Source of the DNA: Octopus vulgaris | Taxonomy: Eukaryota | Reading direction: 5' to 3' | DNA: 64,000 bases | Assembly (NCBI GenBank): GCA_951406725.2 | Contig: OX597822.1 | Coordinates: forward strand, 63,178,001 to 63,242,000 | In this document: positions 26,206 to 38,300 of the stretch, one piece after another | Numbering within the stretch: position 1 is the first letter of the stretch | How the letters are laid out: every line of letters starts with the position of its first letter | The notes under the pieces: model-generated | Database searches by the model: none | What the model was told of the DNA's origin: nothing | Seen by the model: the letters and a program-made list of their open reading frames with translations, nothing else | Program-made: the position numbers and the translations under genes

Positions 26206-28549
26206 CCGTGATTCCTAATGTAGGGCATGGTAATATTTTGGTGAGGTATGCGTAAGGTTATGTTGAATTTATACCTTTTGTACACAATGTTTAGTACACC
26301 AAGAAGAGAAGGGGTAATTCAAGAATGAGTTATTAAAAAAATTCTTTACATTCCATCTGTGGACAATTTTATCAAATTTGACACTTTAGAGACAACAGGT
26401 CGTTTTCATCTTATTCAAAGATCTGATGTCTCTAAAGAGGGAATAAGATTATTTCCTTTGATTTAGTGGTATGTGAAAACATGTAGGTAATTACAAACAC
26501 GTTTATGCGTGCGTCCATGCATGCATGTATGTTGTATGGAACTGGTCAGTACTGAAAGCAATGCCATCTTCCCCATGGAGAAATAAACTGGAGGCAGACT
26601 TATGTGTGTCTAAGAGTAGCGACTCTTTTATCTCTAGTGACAAAAAATTTAGGTACACAAGAAAAATGTGCTGCTGCAGAGTATTGATAGGGCAATAAAT
26701 GGCGTTGTGGGGTGAGGGATGAAAGAATTGAATGATGTGAAGTGGAAGTAAGGGGTAACATCAGTGAAAGAAGAGAGAGAGGGAGGGAGATAGAGATGAA
26801 AATTAACAGGTCAGTTTTATGAATTTAGCAAAAAGGTATGGAAAAACTTCCATCATTGATACAAAGGCTTTTGCAGCTGGGAAGATCCACAGAATAAGTT
26901 TTGTTCCTTTTTGAGCATATTTTCCAAAAGTTTATACTGGAATCTTTTTGAAAACATTTGCTTGAACTGAAATCTTTGTGTTTGATTCAAAGGTATAACT
27001 ACAGATTTCTGCCCCATCACCCAACTTTGGATGATCATAACTTTCAGAAAAATGGATATTATTTTAAAAGAAATTATCTACAAATATGTGTTCTATCATG
27101 TAGATTCTGAATATACAAAATTTGGGTAGGAGGGGTTGTGGTGGAGAATTTTAGAAATTTCACCAGAGTCCACCTCAATTCCTCTTAACATTCAAGAAAA
27201 TGAATATCTTTTACTGAAATTCTCTACAAATATACCGAGGACATAGGAACTTTGAGGATAAACAATTAAGGGGTATTTTCAAGAACTGTTCCCCACTCAG
27301 TGTTTCTGAACAAGTTGTCCATATTTGTTCCACTTTCTGTTTTGTGCATTTGTACATCCATAGATTTCTACTGAAGTAACAAACAAGCAATAAAGGCAAA
27401 TGAAGCCCTCACCAGAAAACTCATGCTAAAAATAACAGCTAATGGTCTGGTACACAGAAATATGCTAAGACGACATCTGTTGCATACGATTTTTTTTTCA
27501 CTAAGTAAATTGCCAGGTAAACATTTCTAATAGAAAGACTGAAGCAAAAATAAGAATTATATACGCACAGTGTATAAGTGCCGGTGTGGCTGTGTGGTAA
27601 GTGGCTTGCTTACCAACCACATGGTTCTGGGTTCAGTCTCACTGTGTGGCACTTTGGGCAAGTGTCTTCTACTATTGCCTCAAGCCGACCAAAGCCTTGT
27701 GAGTGGATTTGGTAGACGGAAACTGAAAGAAGCCCGTCATATATATGTATATGTGTTTGTCCCCCCGCCCCCAACATCGCTTGACAACCGATGCTGGTGT
27801 GTTTACATCCCCGTTCAGCAAAAGAGATCAATAGAATAAGTACTAGGCTTACAAAGAATAAGTCCTGGCATCGATTTGCTCGACTAAAGGCAGTGCTCCA
27901 GCATGGCTGCAGTCAAATGACTGAAACAAGTAAAAGAGTTAAATATAGAAGTGTAAAGCATAATTTGTTACATAATCTCTATAATAAACATATTGAATGG
28001 AATAATTCTCCATTTGAACTTTTTTAATTACATGTGTGTGTGTTGTATGGTAGAAATCTATGGATGCACAAAACAGAAAATGAAACATAGAGATGACTTG
28101 TTCAGAAACACCTGTGAGTAGGGAACAATTCTCAAAAATAGCCCCCAATTGCTTTGCCCAAAATTTCCTATGTCCTTGAAATTTACATAGTGTGAGATAT
28201 ATTTGTAGAGAATTTCATTAAAAAAATATTCATTTTTCATGAAAGTTAAGACGGATTGAAGTGGACTCTGGTGAAATTTCTGAAAGTTTTGTATATTTGG
28301 AATCTACATGATATAACACATATTCATAGAAAATAGGGGTACAGAAATTTGTAGTTGTGCCGATTCAAAAATACATAAAATGAGTAGTGCAAGTAAAAAA
28401 AAAAGAAAAAAATTGGTCAATTTTGTTTCCAGGTAATATTGTAAAGATTAACCAAATTTTGAACAACAAAAATTAAATATCACAAGGGGGCATCAGGATT
28501 TTAGAAATGATTCGGTGGGGCATGGCCAAGAATCGATTGGGAACCACTG
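26206..28549. mobile_element. Non-autonomous hAT element with nested MITE and SINE
   Basis: TIRs CCGTGATTCCTAA / TTGGGAACCACTG; 8-bp TSD ATCCAGGT (26198-26205) / ATCTAGGT (28550-28557); uninterrupted target sequence at ~23470-23650. Confidence 0.8.
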
Positions 28550-31548
28550 ATCTAGGTGCTCTGAAAGCATAGTAGCCAGAGTAAGAACAGCGAAGGCATT
28601 GAATGTGACACATCTGAAGGATAATTGCTGGCTAAAAACGTGGCAAGTGATTCAAAGGGAAGTAATCTGTGGAGAAAAGGAAAACGAGCAGAAGTGTTGA
28701 AAGCTCATGTTAGAACATTGAAGTCAAGAGACAGTGCTGGAGAAAAACCATCCAACACATGGAAAATAAAATACTGCCGGTACCACAATAAAAGCACCCA
28801 GTACACACTGTAAAGTGGCTAGTGTTAGGAAGGGCATCCAGCCGTAGAAACCAAGCCAAATCAGTAGAAGCTGGTGCAGCTCTACAGCGTGCCAGCTTTG
28901 GGCAAACCAGCCAACCCATGCCAGCATGGAAAACAGGCATTAAAGGATGATGGTGATGAAAATCTTATTTTATATTTCTTACATAAAATAAGATGTTTCT
29001 CTGTGGCACGTAAAAAACACTATTTGAGCATGGTCGTTGCCAGTACCGCCTGACTGGCCCTCGTGCCGGTGGCACATAAAAGCACCCACTACACTTTCGG
29101 AGTGGTTGGCATTAGGAAGGGCATCCAGCTGTAGAAACTCTGCCAGATCAGATTGGAGCCTGGTGCAGCCATCTGGTTCGCCAACCCTCAGTCAAATCAT
29201 CCAACCCATGCTAGCATGGAAAGCGGGCGTTAAACGATGATGCTGATATCCACTTCCAATTTTCATAATCAGAATTCCACATCATTTGGTTTTTAGCTAT
29301 TAATGTGCTCAAGAATATACTAAGAATAAAATTTTTTTAGCATAATCCAAGCCTTTGTAAGAAAAACAAATCAAATTTTAAGTAATGAACATTTTGTATG
29401 GCTGCAGATTGTGTATATTGGCATGTACAGGCATCCCTGGTTTATAGTGCCTCAGGTAATGGAGTCCTTCATGTTGGAAAGTATGACCACTTTTTACAAG
29501 ATTATGATATCTACAATTCTTCCCTTACATAAACTTCTGTAAATATTAACAATTTTAAAAACTAATATCACAATGCATATTTTAACCTCACTGGCAACTT
29601 CGTTTCCTCTTGTACCACCCACTTCAGTTCAACTGATCTTTTTCATTGATTACATCTTCCCCTGCACATGAACTGTATACTTATAGATATCAGATGTTAT
29701 GGAGATAACATTTCCAGAAGATCTGATACCTGTAACTATCAAGATCAACTGAAATCATCATCATCATCATCATCGTTTAACGTCCACTTTCCATTGCCAG
29801 ATGGCTGCACCAGACCCCAATCTGATCTGGCAGAGTTTCTACAGCTGGATACCCTTCCTAACGCCAACCACTCCGAGAGTGTAATGGATGCGTTTACGTG
29901 CCACCAGCACGAGGGTCAGTCAGGCAGTGCTGGCAACGGCCACACTCAAATGGTGCTTTTTCTGTGCCACCCATACAGGAGCCAGTCCAGCGGCACTGGC
30001 AACGACCTCACTCTAATGTTTTTTCACGTGCCACTAGCACAAGTGCTAGTAAGGCAACGCAAGTAATGATCACGCTCGACTGGTGTTTTTAACGTGCCAT
30101 CGGCTCGGAGGCCAGCTTGTTGTTCTGGCCCCAATCTCATTCATATGGTACTCTTAGCACTCCACTAGCACAGATGCCAGTCATCGAATTTGTTTTCGAT
30201 TAGAATAAATTAATTGCTTAAATACACAAAAATCAGCAATGGGTCTGAACTAAAAAAAAAATAATGTAAGTTGATAATCAAGTACTTAAAATACATACTT
30301 GATTATAGGACACTGTTAATAAAATACAGCCACAACTGTGGCTAACCACACATGACACTTTTGGGCAAGTGTCTTCTACTACAGCCCCAGGATGATCAAA
30401 GCTTTGTGTGTGGATTGAGTAGACAGCAACTGAAAGAAGCCCATTGTATGTATTAGTGTATGCGTTTGTCTCCTTGCCTTAACATTATGTAATTGTTGTA
30501 AATGAATGCCATTCGTTTCCAATATTCTGTGAATACTTATCTGACCATGGGGAAATATTACCTTGTTTGGAAACAGGTATGGATAAGTAATAGGATGAGC
30601 ATCCATCCATAGAGACTCTGCTCAACCCATGTAAGCATGGCAAACATAGACACTAAAACAATGATGCTACAGTTTAGTATTGAGACATTTAATACCTTGC
30701 ACTCACACTGGTTTTGAAACATACCTGTCATACTATATACTTGCTATATGTTTCATAAGTAGCTGTGTGATAAGTTTGTTTCCCAACCATATGGTCCTGG
30801 GTTTAGTCTCACTGCATAGTACCTTGGGCATCTTCTACTATAGCCTTAAGCTAACCAAAGCTTTGTGAGTGGATTTAGTAGTCGGAAACTGAAAGAAGCC
30901 CATTATGTATATCATCATCATCGTTTAGCATCCGCTTTCCATGCTGGCATGGGTTGGACGGTGCAACTGGGGTCTGGGAAGCCAGAAGGCTGCACCAGGC
31001 CCAGTCTGATCTGGCAATGTTTCTACGGCTGGATGCCCTTCCTAACACCAACCACTCCGTGAGTGTAGTGGGTGCTTTTTACGTGCCACCGGCACAGGTG
31101 CCAGACGAGCCTGGCAAACAGCCACGATCGGATGGTGCTTTTTACGTGTTACCAGCACGGTGGCCAGGCGAGGCTGGCAAACGGCCACGATCGGATGGTG
31201 CTTTTTACGTGCCACCGGCACAGAGGCCAGGCGAGGCTATACATATATATGTATATATCTATGTCTTTGTGTCTAAGTTTGTCCCCCACCACCACTTGAC
31301 AACCAGTGTTGGTGTGGTTACGGCTCCCGTAGCTTAATGGTTCAGCAAAAGATACTGACAGAATAAGTACTAGACTTAAAAAAACAGGTCCTGGGATTGA
31401 TTTATTTGACAAAAACTCTTCAGAGCGGTGCCCCAGCATGGCCGCAGTCAAATAACTGAAACGAGTCAAATATAAAAAATACATAAAACAAAGCACAAAT
31501 TAGGATAAATAATTAACATGTACAGACTGAAACAGTACTTTATAGAGG

Positions 31549-31554
31549 TTTATT
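31549..31554 (-). terminator. Candidate VPS29 polyadenylation signal
   Basis: AATAAA on the minus strand ~700 nt downstream of the stop, at the end of a largely TE-free tract. Confidence 0.4.
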
Positions 31555-31879
31555 TGTTTATAGGTAACCATCTTCATTCAGTCAGAAAAAAAACGACCAT
31601 TTGGTCAGTTAAGGGAAAGGTGGTGATCATGTTAACAATGAACCAGTAATGTCAATGGTAGAGCAGATTTTTAACATTGTTCTTGTTGTTTTTGTAGATT
31701 ATTTTAAATACTAAAAAAGCTGACAAGTAATAGCAGTTATAAAAACAACTATGGTAGATTACAATTTTTAATATGTTCATGTGTTTCAATATATATATAT
31801 ACATATGTATATATGTATATTAATATGGTCACATATTTCAGTCAGATACATATATAAATTGGATAAAGGTCATGTGTGT

Positions 31880-31927
<48 letters not shown>

Positions 31928-32258
31928 GTATTGTTACAGTTAAATCATTAGAGATGTACATGCAGCCAGAATGAGTAGGAATTTAAGAAGTAGATTTCCT
32001 TACAAATAATTGGGGATATTTTTACCAGATGATGCTATCGTTATACCATATTAACAAACCCTCGCCATAACTGTAAATCTGTCACAGTTGAGAAGATGAG
32101 CTGTTTGCTTGGCTTATATTCTTAATCAGTCCTGGTGTTCTTCAGAAGTCTTCAGTAGAATTACTTCCACCGTTGTAGTCAGGCTTTTAAAATATACAAA
32201 ACTCCACCATAAGTCTATATTCTCTTCATATATCTTTATCTATAAATAACAATATTTT

Positions 32259-32376
32259 CTATGACTTCTTATATTCTATCCTCTCCACTTTAACATCGTC
32301 ATTTATCAGCTTATAGACATAGGCAACTACAGTTGACTGCTGGATGTCCAAAATCACAAATGAAGGAATGACATTA
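32259..32376 (-). CDS. VPS29: VPS29 last coding exon
   Basis: [38 protein letters not shown]; strong TTTGCAG acceptor. Confidence 0.96.
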
Positions 32377-35300
32377 CTGCAAAGAAGGAAGAAAAAAAAT
32401 AATGATGATAGAATTGTTAAGTTCAGAATATAAAATATTTATAATGGATATGATTAGACACATGTTTCATATAAATGCGTGTGAATTAGATGCAGGCAAA
32501 TAACTAAATAACACAGGTGTGTATAAGCATTGCTGTGTGGTTGAGAAGTTTGCTTCCCAACAATGTGGTCTTGGGGTCAAACCCACAACATGGTATCTCG
32601 AGCAAGAGTCTTCTACTACAGCCCCGGCCTTGTAAGTGGATTTGGCAGACAGAAACTGAAAGAAGCCTGTGATGTATATCTGGATTGTGTGTACCTTGAC
32701 AGCATGTGACGGTTACAAATGAGCATCATCATCATCATCATCATACAAGTGAAGCTGTTTGTTTCCAGTCTTCCATGAAAGACATGTCTAGCTGAGGGAA
32801 AATATCTTGGAAACAGGTGAGAGGTGGTGACAGGAAGAGCATCTGGCTGTAGAAAATCTGCCTCAACAAAGTCCATTTAACCTATGCAGACATTAAATGA
32901 TGATGATATAAGCATTGTCACAATTTTCTTATCTGATGACTATAAGACCACATCACCATCATTATTCAAATGTCCAACTGTCCATACTAATATGGCGAAT
33001 GGACAGTTGGACAGGTCTGCAATATAAAACTCTGCCATTTTGGTTGACCCTGCATCATCGCTTCTGAAAGGCTCAACTTACTCAGATTGGGCTTCACTAC
33101 CTCTCATATCTTCTTTCATCAAGTTTTGCCAGGGAAAAACCTCTGGCATCAGCTCATGGTATTCACACTTATATACACACTTCTAAAAAGAAAAGGTCTT
33201 TGCAAAATCAACAGGAGAGAAGTTAACACTATTATGATTCAGTGCTAAGATGGCTATGATATAACTACAAAGTGACTTGTTAATTCTCGGAAAAGAAATT
33301 GCCAGAAATTCAACATTAGTGCTCACAACACACAACCAAATTTCGTTTTTGTATTTGGTTTGCAAGATTCTTTATGTGAATTTGTGTATTGAAGCATATT
33401 TTACTGAAAAGATTGCAAGACGCAACGAAAATTTTAGAAAAAATAAATAAGTAAATGAGTGGAAATCGAACTGGTGAGGGTGTTAAATAATAAGGCACCA
33501 AAAGAGAATGACTCTCCCCAGACACAATACAACCAAATGTTTTATAGAAAGTGCAGTCTTCAACATTTTTATATATAATATATATTTTTCACACATCAAA
33601 AGTATAAAAGGACTGTATTTATATTCTTACATAGGTCGTTATCACAGCTAAAATCTTTCCAAAACTTATCCCATTAGCCATATCTGGCCAAAATATTGTT
33701 TTATGTTCAAACTGGCCAAATCTGGTTTCTCACATCCATCCTATTATATCATTCTAAAAGTTAACAATTACCTCACCAAAATCTCATAGCCACAAGATAA
33801 TGCATGATTGATTCAAAACAATGTGAATAAATAAGCATTATTTTTTACAGAATAATGTGAATGCTAAAGGCTTAAATATATTTAAATTTATATTTGTTTT
33901 TATTTAAAAGAAGAGCTTATATAACTGGTTCCCCAAAGATCCACGACAGGATTCATCATCATCATCATCGTTTAACGTCTGTTTTCCATGCTAGCATGGG
34001 TTGGACGGTTCAACTGGGGTCTGGGGAGCCAGTAGGCTGCGCCAGGCCCAGTCTGATCTGGCAGTGTTTCTACAGCTGGATGCCCTTCCTAATGCCAACC
34101 ACTCTGTGAGTGTAGTAGGTGCTTTTTACGTGCCACCTGCACAGGTGCCAGACAAGGCTGGCAAACGGCCACGATTGGATGGTGTTTTTTACATGCCACC
34201 GGCACGGGGGCCAGACAGGGCTGGCAACGGCCATAATCGGATGGTGCTTTTTACGTGCCACCGGCACGGAGGCCAGTCGGGGCAGCGCTGGCAACGGCCA
34301 CGTTCAGACAGTTTTCTTATGTGCCACCAGCACTGGTATCACAGCTACAATTTCCATTGATGTTGATCGATTTCGATATGCTTATCAATGCAACCTGCCA
34401 ATTATACAATGTTTGCCCCACTACTTAGAATGGTATATTATACTCTCTAGTATAACATTTACGCTCAAAGTAAAAAAAAAAGATGTCTTAGTCACACACA
34501 TAATTCAGGGCAATCAACAGGATGCAAACTGCCAAATCTTTTACAGTAGACCATTATAATAGCAGATAATCATCATCATGATTTAGTGATCATTTATCCA
34601 TGCTTGCACAGGTCTGACAGATCTCGATGAAACAGGTTTTCTACAACCAGATGCTCATCCTGTTGCTAAATTTTACTTGAATCCCCCCATGGCTGGACAC
34701 CAGATGCGTTTTCATGAAAGATTGGAAATGAATGACATCGTTTGTATGATGGTAACACGTTTACACACTTTGAAATGGTTGGCATTAGGAAAGGCATCCA
34801 GCTGTAGAAACTACGCCTGATGAAACTCTATGACTCATCAGACTCTGTCAAACCCATGCCAGCATGGAAAAAATACACTGAACAATCCACTCACAAGGCT
34901 TTGGTTGATCTAGGGACACAGTGTTACACAATGGGATTGAACCCAAAACAGCTTGGCTGAGAAGCAAAATATATAGCCACGTCTGTACCTATCATGTAAT
35001 TATAAAATAAACACTTTTGGTTTTGAATTGGGTTTGTAAGATTCTCAATGTGAATTCATAAGTCAAAACAAATTCTGGTGTATCTTGGGAGGGTCATTAT
35101 GCCAATAATAAACACATGCACAGTTTCTATTTCACTTTTTTTATTATTATTAGTCAATTTAACATTTAACCAATTAACTAATCAACAAACAATTTATTAG
35201 TTAATTGTCTAAAAGTTAACAAATTGACTAATAATACTTCCTACTATAGGCACAAATTCTGAAATTTAGAAGGGAAGGTGTGTGTTTATTGGGATAATGA

Positions 35301-38300
35301 TCCTTCTGAGATGAACAAATAACTAGATTTGACAAATTACACAGAAACTTCAAAAATACAAATAAAAGAAAATATACTTTTCCAAGGGATTATAAGCTCC
35401 AGTGGCCGATCCTGGATTAATGTAGAATTTGTTTTCATGTTCAAAAGCATCAAATATATGGGTGTGGCCTGAAATGAGAATGTCTACATCTAATTGCCGT
35501 TGTACCATAGCTAAACTTTCTGTTTCCCCCCATGGCACTACTTGATGTCCATGACACAAACCAATCCGAAACTGGCCAACAGTCACCACTTTTTGCTCAG
35601 GGTAATTAAGAGTCTGCAAGAGAAAAATAAAAACATTGGTTAAGTTACAATAAAAATTACAAAAGTAAAAAAGAGGAGAGAATCTGTGGTAAATAACTTT
35701 ACTATTTGTTTTAGTCATTCAACTGTGGCTTAGCTGGGGCACCAGCTTCAGTGATGTTTAAACAATCAAATCGACCTCAAAACTGATTTTTTTTTAAGTA
35801 TTGTACTTATTCTAATGGGTTTTTTTTGCGGGGAACAAACAACAAACTTACTGGAACGTAAACACATCAACCACCAGCTGTGGGAAAACAAACATAAAAA
35901 CACACACACACATGTAAATATAAAGACTGTCTACAGTTATATATTTAAGAGATGAGGAATTATGTGCATTATTTACATTCAACGGATATTTATCCTCATC
36001 TTGTTTGTTGCTAACACGTTTCAGCTTATATATCCTCAAGCCTTCTTCAGGTGACTTGGAGAAATTTCGAACCTGGGTTCCCGTTCCTAAGGTATTTTTC
36101 AATGTTGTTGTTATCATTATTATTATTATTATCATTATTGTTGTTGTTGTTGTTCTGGTCACTGTTTGGAATCGAACTCGGAATCTTGGGGTTAGTAGCC
36201 CGTGCTCTTAACAACTACGCCATATGCCCGTGGGCGTATGGTGTAGTGGTTAATACCTTAGGAATGAGAACCCAGGATTGAAATTTCCTCAAGACACCTG
36301 AAGAAACATGGAGGGTATATCAGCTGAAATGTTGTGTTAACAAATAAGATGAGGACAAATATCCGTTGAATGTAAATAATGTATAAAGACTGTCTGTCTG
36401 AAAGTGTGTGTGTGCATGTATATGTCTGTATATATAATACCTAACAGGCTTTCACATAGTTTCCATCTACCATATTCACTCATAAGGCATTGAACAGCCC
36501 AGGACTATAGTAAAAGACACTTGCCCAAAATGCCACATGGTTGGACTGAACCTTAAACCACATGATTGCAATATGAACTTTTTAACCACATAACCATGCC
36601 TGTACCTCGCTTTTATAATTCTGATCTATCCAAAATTGTAAGTAATGCAAATAATACAGCTTCAAAATACTCAACTGGTTAAAACTTTGTCCTCACATAA
36701 TTTTAGTCATTATTTCCTATTAGAAAATTACTATTTTTAAATCTCACAACGGGAGATATTCAGCAATAATACTTTGTAGTAAAGATTGTTTGCCAACATA
36801 ACATGGCAGTCCTGGTTTAAGACAAATGTTGCTGTAATTTAGGCCCAGGAGACATCGTCTCAAACTGGCTTATATAAGGACAATCTATGTCCTTATATTT
36901 TCGAACAAGGGAATCTAGCACCTCCACTCAACTCAAAACACCTGTGTATCGCGATTTCCGTGTTATTTCCCTTCATCAGCACAGAATAATTGTTCGGCTA
37001 CAAGTGGTGCTGCTAAATTCAAGTTCGAGATATATAGTTTTCAAAGTGACAACTAGTCACTGATCTATAAATTAGAAAATTACTATTTTTAAATCTGACA
37101 ACGAGAGATATTCAGCAATAATACTTTGTAGTAAAGATTGTTTGCCAACATAACATGGCAGTCCTGGTTTATGACAAATGTTACTGTAATTTAGGCCCAG
37201 GAGACATCGTCTCCAGCTGGCTATACAACACGATCTGTGTCCTTCTATTTTCGAACAAGAGAATCTAGCAGCCCCACTAAGCTCAATACAATATCTGTGT
37301 TGATGAAGAGAAATAACCCAGAAATTGCGATACACTGATACTGTTTTGAGCTGAGTGGGGGTGCTAGATTCCCTTGTTCGAAAATATAAGGACACAGACC
37401 GTGTCGTATAGCCAGCTGGAGAGGATGTTTCCTGAGGCTAAATTACAGCAACATTCATCCTAAACTAGGACTGCCATGTTATGTTGGCAAACAATCTTTA
37501 TTATTTCCCATGTTGGGCAGGTCCATTTTAATATTGCATCTTCCAACATGTTGCAGTCCTCTGTTAGTTTCTTTGTGAGGCTCAACATCATAAGAAAAGA
37601 CTTCAATGTTTCTATCCAAATTATTCTTTCTTCCCTATTCTGCACTCTCTTCTCTCCTCCTTGCACCATTTGACACTGTTCTACTCAACTACCATCCTCT
37701 ATATATGTAATATGTCTGTGCTATTGAAGTCTCTTTCATGTTACAGCTGATGCCTCTAATGCCAAAATTTTCTCTCAGCACATTTGTACTTTGTCCTTTA
37801 GGCAAGTTAGCATCAAATATCCAACAGAGAAGGAAAACCTTGTTTTTTCCCCAACTTCCACACATCCTCCACATTCAGTGCCTGTCTCACTATCAATGCA
37901 ATACTGCACTTCATACACAATAACTACACAGTTTGTCCTCCACTCAGAAACCCTTTGTTACCTACAGAGAAAACAGCTCCTTAGATATATTTTAATATAT
38001 TCGTCCTCTAACTATTGTGCTTTTGCAACACCTATCTCCACTGCTGAATAAGTTACCTAGGTAACAAGCATTTTGGACAATTGAAAGACTTCATTTCTGA
38101 GGTGCTCTTATTGCTAACTATACCTGTGCATCTATTAAATATAAAAACCATTTTTCTTTCTCTGTCATCCTGCCTGAGATCCCATAGACCTATTGTGTAT
38201 GCATTATTTGTAAAGTATAGATAATTTTTTCTTCTTTATGCACAAGGCTGGAAATTTGAGAAAAAGGAAAGATGAGTTTGGCAAGATTTCAGTTCACAAT

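Larger units (their letters stand above)
36719..37500. mobile_element. Penelope pseudo-LTR / retrozyme-like repeat: ~352-bp unit, partial direct copy, inverted copy
   Basis: 36719-37070 repeated from 37071 to ~37290 and inverted at ~37294-37500; flanks ATTATTTCCTAT / ATTATTTCCCAT (possible TSD); hammerhead motifs inside. Confidence 0.8.

Noticed and set aside
35368-35377. U12-type donor in VPS29 intron 3 (GTATATTTTC)
   Set aside because: Lacks the RTATCCTT consensus, and the acceptor has an ordinary U2 pyrimidine tract
36157-36229. tRNA gene (ACT anticodon-like loop)
   Set aside because: Acceptor and T stems do not pair; it is a SINE-type head
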